A stretch of DNA of 64,000 nucleotides from assembly GCF_009914755.1 (NCBI RefSeq), contig NC_060947.1; one strand, 5' to 3'. Source of the stretch: the human T2T-CHM13v2.0 reference genome, Homo sapiens. The notes under the pieces were generated by a model. That model did no database searches, was not told where the DNA came from, and was given only the letters and a program-made list of their open reading frames with translations. Shown piece after piece: positions 48,571 to 61,869 of the stretch (position 1 is the first letter of the stretch; each line of letters opens with the position of its first letter). Made by a program: the position numbers and the translations under genes.

Positions 48571-48999
48571 AAACTATGGACAGCAGTTTGGAGGTTCTTC
48601 AAGAAACTAAAAATTGAGCTACAATATGATCCAGCCATCCCATTGCTGGGTGTCTACCCAAAGGAAGAAAATCAGAATATCGAAGAGATATCTGCACTCC
48701 CATGTTTGTTGCAGCACTGTTCACAATAGCCAGGATTTGGAAGCAACCTAAGTGTCCATCAACAGATGAATTAAAAAAATGTGGTACATACACACAATGG
48801 AGTACTACTCAGCCATAAAAAAGAATGAGATCTTGTCATTTGCAACAACACGGATGGAACTGGAGACCATTACGTTAGATGAAATAAGCCAGGCACAGAA
48901 TGACAAACATCACATTTTCTCACTATTTGTGGCATCTAAAAATCAAAACGATTGAACTCATGGACACACAGAGTTTTCCATCCTCTGTTAACCATCCTT
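48571..48999 (+). mobile_element. L1MA ORF2-end/3'UTR fragment
   Basis: gaagagatatctgcactcccatgtttgttgcagcac...gaaataagccaggcacagaa; the last ~26 bp are inverted. Confidence 0.8.
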
Positions 49000-49965
49000 A
49001 TGGTTAGAGAACCTCAATCGTCCTATATCCTGTAAATAATAAATTGTGAAATATCTTCCTATGAGTGGATCCCTTGCACTGGTGCCTGAAGTAGTGAGTT
49101 TTTTCATATAATGGCAAAAGAAATAAAACAAACTCTGCACAAGCCTTTCCATGTAATAGAAACGATAAAAACATTATCTCAAAATGCTTTGTGAGATGCC
49201 TATAAACTTTACATCAAAATGATATGGAAAATAGAAGAGAGGAAAATCAATGATGTACACATATCCCTCATCAAATCCCTGGCTCCCCCATCCCCACTTG
49301 CCAAAACACAACTCATGTGTGACAAACAGAACCCAAAAGTACTTCAACTGTAATATTCTATAATCATACTCTAATGGGATAAACATTTTGGTATCAAACA
49401 ACTGTAACAAAACAAAGGGCAAAATCATGTCCCTATCACATTAGAGAGAAACAATATGACAAATTTTACCATCCAATCACCAAAAAACTCAAAAACTGCA
49501 GCAAATATACTTAGTGGTGAAATATTAAAAACCTTTCCCTGTGATAATACATTGGAATTAAACAGTAAGTTGAGCAAGACTGCGGGATTCCATATGTTTA
49601 AATATTAACAAATTTTTTCTAAGAACAGGAATTGTTACCAAACTTTTTATGCAAAAGAAATGGCAGAAGACCCTTACAAGGTCATACTTTTACAGCTTTT
49701 TTCATATACTGATCAGATAAAACGAGATAATTTTAATCCTTAATATTGTCATTTGTTTCGTAGTACTATCACGTTAATAGAGAATAGAGACCTCAAAATA
49801 TAAAAGAAACCTTACTATACACTTGACGTTTAATTCTAGTAGAACAATACAATAACAAGATGATTCTTTGTTACCATTTTACAAAAAGTCCTCCTTGTGT
49901 AGTAATCTCACAGACTAGGAGTTCAACTTCACAATTCAATTCAATAATTTTTGTGTCACTATTGC

Positions 49966-50263
<298 letters not shown>

Positions 50264-50769
50264 CATAACCTGATTATATTTGTCTTACTATTTTTCCTTC
50301 GTAACTCTTTCCTAAATATTGCATCTAACTTTTGCTTTACTTCTTGTCATTCTATACGACTTTAACATAAAAAAGCAAGGTATAGGTCTTCAAAATTTAG
50401 GAATATGTCATCATAATGTCTTTTTTTATTTATATGCTTTATTTTATACACAAAGGGCATATGTGTAAAGTTTCTAAAATGTTGATACATAATTCTTTTC
50501 AGAAGTAATTGTAAAGTAGCACTGAAGGATGTATATAAGCAGACGTAAACATAGATTTATATTTACATGAATAATGTATTTACCTAACAGTACACATATC
50601 TGTATATAAATTACAATTTTATTTCTTATCTTTGGCAATATACCTAGAGGATGTATTTTGTAAATATTTAACATATATCTAATTGGCTTTAAAAGCTTCA
50701 TAGTACAGTATGAACAATGCGAAATTAATAAAAAAAGAAAAATTGCTGTTTTGACATTTTTGTGCCCAT

Positions 50770-50935
50770 AATTTAATACATATGTGTGAGTAGCTGTATC
50801 AGACACAGTTCTAGAAGGTTAATTATGGTGTAAAATTATAGGTAACTTTATAAATTTACTAAAATATACAAAATTGTTTTCCAAAAAGCCGTTAACATTT
50901 TATACTTTTTCAATAATCTGGTTTAAAAATAAGAA
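50770..50935 (+). repeat. Direct repeat, copy 1 (pairs with 54154-54319)
   Basis: About 12 mismatches over 166 bp by eye. Confidence 0.92.
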
Positions 50936-50954
50936 AGTATCTGGTTGTCCAAAT

Positions 50955-52437
50955 AATTTACACAAAGCCTACAGTTACCAAAACAGCATGGTACTGGTAT
51001 AAAAGTAGACACAGAGACCGATAGAACAAAATAGAAAACCCAGAGACCAATAGAACAAAATAGAAAACCCAGAAATGCCAAATACTTACTAACAAATTAT
51101 CTTTGACGAAGCATACAAAAAACATAAATTGGGGAAAGGATACCCTATTCCATAAATAGTGCTGGGAAAATTGGCAAGCCACATGCAGAAGAATTAAAAT
51201 GGATCCCTATCTCTCACTGTATACAAAAATTAACTCAAGATGAATTAAAGACTTAAATCTAAGACTTGAAATCATAAAAATTCTAGAAGATAGCCTTGGA
51301 AAAACTCTTGTGTACACTGGCCTATGCGAAGAATTCATGACTAAAACCCCAACAGCAAATGCAACAAAAACAAAACTAAACAAATGAGACTTGATTAAAC
51401 TAAAAGGCTTCTGTACAGCAATAATAATGATAATCATCATCATCATCATGATCTGGGTAAACAGACAACCCACAGAATGGGAGAAAATATTTACAAACTA
51501 TACATCCAACAAAGGACTAGTATCCAGAGTCTACAATGAACTCAAAGAAATCACCAAGAAAAAGAAATAATAATAATCCCATAAAAAAGTGGGCAAAGAA
51601 CATGAATACACATTTCTCTAAAGAAGATATACAAATGGCCAACAAACATATGAAAAAATGCTCAGTATCACTAATCATCAGAGAAGTACAAATTAAAACC
51701 ACCACGAGATACCAAGTTACTCCTGCAAGAATGGCCATTATTAAAAATTCAAAAAACAATAGATGTTGGTGTGGATGTGGTGATAGGGGAATGCTTACAA
51801 ACACTGCTGGTGTGAATGTAAATTAGTACAACCTCTATGGAAAACAGTATGGAGATTCCTTAAAGAACTATAAGTAGACCTACCATTTGATCCAGCAATC
51901 CCACTACTGGGTATCTACCCAAAGGAAAGGAAGTCGTTATATAAAAAAGACACATGCACATGTATGTTTATTGCAGCACCATTCACAATTGCAAAGGGAG
52001 GGTACCAATCTAAATGCCCACTGACGAATCAGTGAATAAACAAAATGTAGTATACATACACCACAGAATACTACTCAGCCATAAAAAGGAATGAAATAAT
52101 GTCTTTTGCAGAAACGTGGATGGAGCTGGAAGCCATTTTTCTAAGTGAAGTAACTCAGGAGTAGAAAACCAAATACCATATGTTCTCACTTGTAAGTGGG
52201 AGCTAAGATATGAGTGTACAAAGGCATACAAAGTAATGCGATGGACTTTGGAGACTCAGAAACAGAAGGGTGGGAGAGGAGTGTGGGATTAAAAAAACCC
52301 ACATATTGGGTACAACATACACTACTCGGGTGATGGGTGCACTAAAATCTCAGAATTCACCACTATATAATTCACCCATTTAACCAAAAACTACTTGTAC
52401 CTCAAAAGCTATTGAAACTTAAAATTTTTTTAAATAA
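50955..52437 (+). mobile_element. L1PB (PB3/4-like) 3' ~1.5 kb
   Basis: ORF2 C-terminus ([30 protein letters not shown]) and 3' end cttgtacctcaaaagctattgaaa. A 29-bp tandem duplication lies at ~51014-51073. Confidence 0.88.
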
Positions 52438-52484
52438 AATATTTTGCAATAAATACAGCAAATAAACTAAAATACAGTGTACAT

Positions 52485-52735
52485 TCCTTCTTAAGGCTCA
52501 GTTCATATACAGTAAAATTCCCCCTTTTTAGTGTATTGTATAGTTTGACAAACGCACAGTTGTGTAATCACAGCACAGTTGATATACAAGTGTTTCATCA
52601 CCCCCAAAAACTTCCTCCATGCAATGTTTTGGTCAATGCCTCTACTTACCCTCAACTCATCAATGATTTGATCTCTGTTCTTAATAGATTTGCCTTTACC
52701 AGAATATTATATAAATGGAATCATCATACAGTAAA
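52485..52735 (-). mobile_element. L1MB-type 3' end fragment
   Basis: cagtaaaattccccc...tatataaatggaatcatcatacag. Confidence 0.65.
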
Positions 52736-54141
52736 AAAAAGGTACACTAAGTAGAAAGCCTACTTAATAGGTAATTGCCCATTTAAATTTATTTTTGTAT
52801 ATCCTTTGATAGAAATTATTAACTCCATCTTTAGGTACTCCATAATTTCATAATTACTTCACTACCAAAATTATTATACAGTACTATACATTACGCCTAT
52901 ATACATATTTATATATATACATGATTAACAGATAGGTATATAGATATAGATAGATAAATGAGCCCTTCTTCCATTCACTTATGTTCTACATATTGCATGT
53001 TTCCTAATTGATTCTGATATGCATTATGTTTATATAAATAATTTTGCATTTAAAATATATTTTGTCAAAGCAGAATAGGATTGTGTGTTACAGGAAGCAA
53101 TGCTATATAAGTCTAAGTAGAAGATGAAAAGTATTCAAACACTGATTGCTTGAGAAAGTAATAAAAATAACACAAAAATATACAGTAATATTCTAGTTAC
53201 TATTACTGCAAAACAAATTACCACAATATTTATCTGCAATTATATACTTCATATGTAATTATCTGTTTTCCCACTAGGCTCTCTCTCAATAACGTAAATG
53301 CAGCACATAATCCACACCTGGCCCATGTTTGGGAACTGAACAAACATTTATAGGATGAATGAAATAATTAGATTAAAAGAAATGAAACAAATTATGGCAA
53401 AAATAAATACGCTGATTATGAAGATCATTGTCTAAACATTATGTTGGATGTCAGTGTCTGAGAAGATGGAGTAGACGTATCATTCCTATTTGTTTCTTAA
53501 TATAACTAAACTTTTTAGTATAACTAAAAATCTTGATGTTACATATAAAACAGACATATGAAGGTTCTGAAAGGTGAAAATGAGAGACTGGTTAAGCACC
53601 TCAGGACCCAGGAAACAACACAGTGTTTTCTCTGGGTTTGGTTTTCTGTTTTGTTTTGTTTTGATTTTGCCTTATAAATCCCAGATCTGTAGCTAGAGAA
53701 CCTCACAATCCAGAAATGCCAAAAAGTGTTGACAAAAAAAAAAAAAAAGCCTCAACAAAAGCTTGCTTTCTTTAGATAAAGTGCTAGAAGAGAGATAGGC
53801 TGATGATACAGAAAACTTTTACACAACAGACACAGGACTACAGCCAATCATTATCCTCACCATGACAGCAAAAGCCAATTGAGAATCTAGATTTCTATCT
53901 TTTCCAGGCTGTAAGGAGTCACCCCAAAGTGCCCCTAATGTTGTCAGAGATGTCTCAATAGACAGCTGGGACTTTTATCCTCAACAGATGGTAAGGCACA
54001 CTCTCTTTAGCACTGAGTTAATTGATCTGTAGACAGATAAAATGTGGGGAGCCTTGACTTCCACCCCCCTGGGAAGTGATGAAGTACCTCTTCCCTCCTT
54101 ACCGGGGTGGTGTCAGAAGAAGCCTGATAGAGATTAATGAT

Positions 54142-54715
54142 TACAATGAACTAAATTTAATACATATGTGTGAGTAGCTGTTTCAGACACAATTCTGGAA
54201 GGTGAATTATGGTGTAAAATTATAGGTAGATTTATAAATTTACTAAAAGATACAGAATTGTTTTCCAAAAAGTCATTAACGTTTTATACTTTTTCAATAA
54301 TCTGTTTTAAAAATAAGAACATATATGCAATTCATATTTTGAAGTCCTAACCTCCAGTATGATAGTATTTGGAGCCTTTGGGAAATAATTAGCTTAGATG
54401 AGGTCATTAGGGTGGGGCCCTCATGACGGAACTAGTGCCCTTATAAGAAGAGACACCAGAGTTTGTTCTCTCTTTCTCTCTCTCTCTGTCCTTCCCTCCC
54501 TCCATGTGCCCCCACACCCCTTTTCCTTCTCCCTCTCCTTCCTCTCCTTCTCTTTCTCTCTGGCAGCAAGATCTGCAAACCAGGAAGAAAGCCCTTAACA
54601 GAACTCAGTCATAATGATAACCAGATTTTTGCTTCCCAGCTTCCAGAAATGAATTTCTGTTATTTAAGTCACCCAGGCTCTGGCATTTTGTTATGAAAGC
54701 CCAAGCTGACTAAAA
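54142..54715 (+). mobile_element. MLT1A-type MaLR LTR carrying a foreign 166-bp patch
   Basis: gaagtcctaacctccag...ggtggggccctcatga...tttaagtcaccc...gctgactaa. Confidence 0.8.
54154..54319 (+). repeat. Direct repeat, copy 2 (pairs with 50770-50935)
   Basis: About 93% identical to 50770-50935. Confidence 0.92.
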
Positions 54716-55668
54716 GGACTTTTATCACCACTCAAAGGAAATCAGAAAAGGGAAAACAGAGAGAGAAAAAAAGAGAGAACAAACAAACAAAAATTAAATG
54801 GCAGACTGAAGCCCTATTATATAGATAATAACATATATGTAAATGGTTAAAAGGTAACGCCAATTAAAACACAGACATTGACATAGTGGATTTAAAAACC
54901 TGACTATTTGCTGTCTACAACAAACACTTCAAATATAATAAAATGGGCAGATTGAAAGTAAAAGGATGGGAAAATACATATTATGACAAAAATCAAAAGA
55001 AAGCAAAAATTGCTATATCAATATCAGATAAAGTACAACTCACAGCAAAGAAAATTCTCTGATAAAAAGAGGGACATTACATAATGGCACAGTGTTCAAT
55101 CCAATAATAAGACATAGCAATCCTAAATGGGTATGTACCAACCCACTTATTTGCAAAATTTATGAAGGCAAACTGATACACCAAAAGGGGGAAATAGAAG
55201 ACTCTATCATTATAACTGGAGATTTTAACTGCCTTTTCACAACAATTCATAGAAAAACTAGGCAGATTCAGCAATAATATAAAAGATTTCAACAATCCCA
55301 TCAACCAGGATATCAAGATCTCAACAATACCATCAATAATCCCATCGACAAGTCCTAATTGACATTAATAGAACACTCCTCTCAATAGCAGCAGAATATT
55401 TATAATTATCAAGTGTCCATAAAACTTGGTTTTGCTAAACAGACCATATCCTGCGGCAGAAAACAAAGCCCAACAAACTTAAAAGAATTGAAAGCACAGA
55501 GAGTTTGTTTTTCCATTACAATATGATCAAGCTGGAAATCCCTAACAAAAAGAGAAAAGAAAATCTTCAAATATTTGTAAACAAAACAACGTACCTTAAA
55601 TAACCCATGAGTCAAAGATGAACTATCAAAGAAAATCACAATATACATTGAAATAGATAAAAATGCTA

Positions 55669-55985
<317 letters not shown>

Positions 55986-56328
55986 TACTAATGCAACATT
56001 TCAAAATTTAAAATAGAAAACAGAAATAAAAAGTAAGCAAATAGAAAAACAGAAAACACTTCCCAATTCATTTTATGAAACTATTATTCCTTTGATAACA
56101 AAATCAGCCAAAATAGTACAAAAGAGAAAACTACAGACAAATTTCGATTGAATGGAGACACAAAATCCTTAACAGAATATTAGCAAACATAATTCATCCA
56201 TATAAAAAATATTATACACCTTGACCAAGTGAGATTAATTCTAGAGATATCAGGTTGCTTCCATATTTCAAAGCCAATCAATGTAATCTACCATAATGAT
56301 AAGCCAAAGGAAAAAAATAAAAAGATTG

Positions 56329-56451
56329 ATGAGTTAGTGGGTGCAGCGCACCAGCATGGCACATGTATACATATGTAACTAACCTGCACATTGTGCACAT
56401 GTACCCTAAAACTTAAAGTATAATAATAATAATAATAATAAAATTAAATTA
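56329..56451 (+). mobile_element. Very short young L1PA 3'-end insertion
   Basis: gagttagtgggtgcagcgcaccagcatggcac...acttaaagtataat, then a (TAA)n tail; TSD aaaaagattg. Confidence 0.9.
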
Positions 56452-57125
56452 AAAAAGATTGTATCAATTAATGAAGGAAAACAATGAACAAAATTCAACA
56501 CCCATTCATAATTTTTAATAAAATACTCATAAAAATAGGAATAGAAGAAAACTCTTTAGACTTTATAAAGAGCATCTAGACCGAATCTATGGCTAACATT
56601 CTACTTAATTTTGAATGGGTACAAAAAAAAATAGAAAGAATAAATGAGACCTAGTATTTGCTACCACAACAGGGTGATTATATTCAAAAATAATTTAATA
56701 GAAAAACTGAATGCTTTCCCTCTACGTTCAGGAACATGAACAGTATGTCTCTACTTCCTCTTCTCTTACTCAACATAGTGCTGGAAGGTAAGCTAGAGCA
56801 GTAAAGGAAAAAAACCCATATAAAAGGCATATATAAAATTGGCTCTACTTGAAGATGACATGATGTCTACATAAAAAAAATCCCAAGAAATCTACAAAAA
56901 AACTCCCAGACATAATGACTGAGTTCATCAAGGGTGCAGGATATAAGACATACAAAATCAATTGTTTTCCATATACTAGTAATGATCATATAAACACTGA
57001 TATTAAAAATACAATAAAATTTACAATTGCTAAGAATGGAATAATTTGGTGTAAATCAGATGAAACATGCACAGGCCTTCTGTTCCGAAAACTTCATCAC
57101 ACTGATTTTTAAAAAATCAAAGTAG

Positions 57126-57511
<386 letters not shown>

Positions 57512-57648
57512 CTAAACACAGTGGGATTTCAATTCCCCCCAAATTGATATACAGGTTTAAAACAGTCTTAACAAAATTATAACAATATTTTGTTTTAGAA
57601 ACAGGCAGGATGGTTCTGATAGATATGGAAAGAAAAAGAAAACAGGAT

Positions 57649-58218
57649 TGTAAAAAGTAAAGTAGAGGTTCCTCTGCAAAGACTTAATATATAGTGACTT
57701 CTCTTAGAAGCAAAATTTATTCAAAGACCTGTGCTAACATTCTTAAATATCTGCTAGCTGTGATAAAGAAATTAATGTACTTTATGTTCTTAGCTCCCAC
57801 AATTTAGCCTAAATATTTGCCCTGGCATGCTTATACTGGTGCAAGCAAGCATTAGGTCATAGCCTGTTCCTCTTCCTTATTTGAAGGTGTTTTTACCTTT
57901 CTCAGCATTCCACAAGTTACTTCCTCCTTCCTTTGTTTTCCTCTGCTTTTGCCTCTTTTAAAAAGTTCTAAGTTGCTAGCCAATCAGGACAAATACAGAA
58001 TGTGAGGTCCCATTCCAGCCAATGGAAACCGGACACAGCAGTAGGGTGGACGCATCAGGTTATAAATGACCCTGTCTCCTTTGTTCGGTGTACTCTCGTG
58101 GCAAAACTGCTGGTGAGTGTATCCTCTCTGCAGGAAGTAAAAATGGCCTTGCTGAGTAAATTAAATTTATGTTCAAGTGCTATTTCTTTACCGCACTAGG
58201 GAACAAGCATTTCAAACA
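57649..58218 (+). mobile_element. ERV1 solo LTR, LTR10 family (LTR10C-like)
   Basis: tgtaaaaagtaaagtagagg...gcatttcaaaca, TSD aggat / acgat, two CCAAT boxes and TATAAA. The family was recognised from memory of the consensus. Confidence 0.75.
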
Positions 58219-59440
58219 ACGATGATGAAACAATTTTGAAAATTACAAATAAAGTTGAAGGAAATCACAGTACCCCATTTCAAAACATCTTGTATAGCTA
58301 CACTAATCAAGAAAATGTGATACTGGTGGATGGACAGACACATAGATCAATGGAACAGAAAGAAAACTCATAATAGTACCACAGTAAGGACAACTAATTT
58401 TTGATAAAGCTGCAAAGGCAAGTTTATGGAGAAAAAAAATTTCTCAAAATAGTACTAGAGAAATTGTATATCCAGAAACAAAAATATAAACCTCATAACT
58501 TATGCAGAAATTAACTCATAGTGCATCTAATATTTAAATGTAAAACATATTTTTTTAAATAAGAGGAAGAAATCTTTTGTAATCCAGCACGTAGTAAAGC
58601 GTCCTTAGACTTGACACTAAAAGCATGACCCATGAAGGGGAAGACTGAGAAATTGGCCCCTTAAAAATAAAAAATAGAAAAAATGTTATTCAACTTTTTA
58701 TGCTGTGTTAAGAGAATGAAAAGACAAACTAAAGACTGGGAGAAAATATTTTTAAGCCATATATCCAAAAAAGACTAGTACCTAGAATATATAAAGATTC
58801 TCAAAATTTGACAGTATAAAATAAACAATCCAATTTGAAAATGAGAAAAAGACATAAACAGAAACCTCACTAAAGAGGATATACAGATGGCAAATGAAAA
58901 CGAAAAGATGTTCAACATCATAGCCATCAGATAAATGCAAATGAAAACTACAGTGAGCTATCATTACACATATATCAGAGTTACCAGAATAAACATAGTG
59001 ACATCACCAAATGCTGGCAAAAATGTATGCAAAATACGTCACTCATACATAGCATGTGTGAATGTAAAATGCTGCATCATTATAGAAAACAGGCAGGTTA
59101 AAAAAATTAAACTGGCAAATATCATATTATACAGCAGTTGCACTCTTGGGCATTTATCCCAGAGAAATGAAAACTTTTGTTTGCATGGAAACTTGTACAC
59201 AAATGCAGATTTATCTTTATTATATTTATTAACCAAAGCATAGAAATAACTAGAAGTCCATAAAAGTGTAAAATGATTAAACTAGATGCGGTTCACTCAC
59301 ACCATGAAGTGCTGCTTAGCAAGAAAAAGGAACAAACTACTGGTAAATGCAACAATGTGGATAAAAACTACGTGGATAAATCTCCAGGGAAAAAAGCAAC
59401 CCAAATAGCAATTACAATAGTATTCCATTATACAACATTC

Positions 59441-59740
<300 letters not shown>

Positions 59741-60165
59741 TCATTATACAACATTCTTCAATCATTCACGCACACACACACACACGTGCACACACACGTA
59801 CACATGCACGCACGTAATCTTTGATGAAGAACAGATTATTGACTGCTGGAAATCAGGAATGGGAGGGAGGTAGGGGCTGCAGTGGTGGGATGTGGGTGTG
59901 CTTATAAAGTGCAACACAAAGCATCCTTGCAATGACTGAGATGTACTTTATCTTGGTTGGATCAATGTTAGTATCTTGGTTGAGATACTGTACTATAGTA
60001 TTGCAAGATGGCAAAACTGACTGGAACTGGGTAAAGGTGCATGGGATGTCTCTGTATCATTTCCTACACCGCAAGTAAATGTAGAGTTATCACAATAAAG
60101 ACGGTTTGTAACTTTTTACCAGACAGTTTGGGTTCAATGGATACCAGACAAAACACATGCAAATT

Positions 60166-60502
<337 letters not shown>

Positions 60503-61869
60503 TTATAAAACAGTGTTTGTGTACACATCCAGTAATGGCAGACCAGACATTTCAGCCCAAACATTATGCTGAAGAAAAATAAACTAAGAAAGATGTAAAA
60601 CTATAACAAACTTCTCTTTGAAGATATCACTAAAATTGATCCCCCATTTCCCCCCCTCATAGAATCCCATCTCAAAGGAGAAAATTGGGAACCCAAGAGG
60701 CAAAGTAAGATGTTGTAGCTGAGAAGCTAAGCAACTGACAAGGGCTTCCAGCAGCTTTTCCAGCCTAGGGAATGCAGATTGCAGCTCAGGATCCATCATG
60801 GAAAGGAAACCTTGGGAAATACCTCAAAGTTTCATTTGACATCACTGAGGAGCTATGCCCTAAGTGTTATATAAACCAGAAACAGAACAATCCTCCCAAT
60901 ACATGAGACCCAGCTTAAAAAGACTCAATCTCTGATTTTGATGAGATGCTCTTCATCCCAATCCCCTGCCTCACTCATGTCACCACCCTAACTGCCTTAT
61001 AGAAGTAAAAGAAAATACTCCAAGAGGGAAGAAAAAATCATTCATTCTCCAATTACTTCTCTAGTATTTCATACACAAATTAATGCTTTCAATCATCAAA
61101 AATCACAGATGCAAAATATGAATGGGAAGGAAAGGATTAACCTCAGGCCTGTGATTTAGTTTTTCCATTTGCTGAGGCTGTCTGGGATAAAAAGAACTAT
61201 AATTTGGTTACACCCATGCAATTTAGAGTAACACTGAGATACCACCACACATCTATCAGAAGGACTACAATGTTAAACAATGACTAAAACAAGTGCTGGC
61301 AAGGATATAGGACAAATGCGACTCTCACACACTGCTAGCAGGACATAAAACAGTCAATAAAGATGCATAACACCTTGATATTTTTTAAAATAACTGAAGG
61401 ATACACTTATCAGGTGATCCAGCCATATCACTCATTGATGTTTACACAAGAAAAACTAAAATATACATCCATATAAAGACTTGAATGTATTGTCCACATT
61501 ATGAAAAAAGAGGAGGACTTGTGGAGAGAAAAAAGGGGAAAATATAAATTTGCACAAGGAAATGAGTAAAGAAATGGCTATGTACATTATCTTGTTTTTG
61601 GTAAAGGTTTCACAAATATTTGTATGCATGTATGTGATATATACATATTTCATATATATACATAAAAAGTTATATTGTTTAAAGTTGAAAATCATTTTTT
61701 AATTCAATTTTATTCCAATGAATCTGTTACAAAGTGTAAGATAAATAAATGTATGTCCTAAAGGGACATTAATATCAATAAATGCAAAATGGAACACTTG
61801 GCAATTTATGATCTGATAATACATCTCAAGATATTATATAGAGAACAGTAATATCAAAACTTTACAGAA

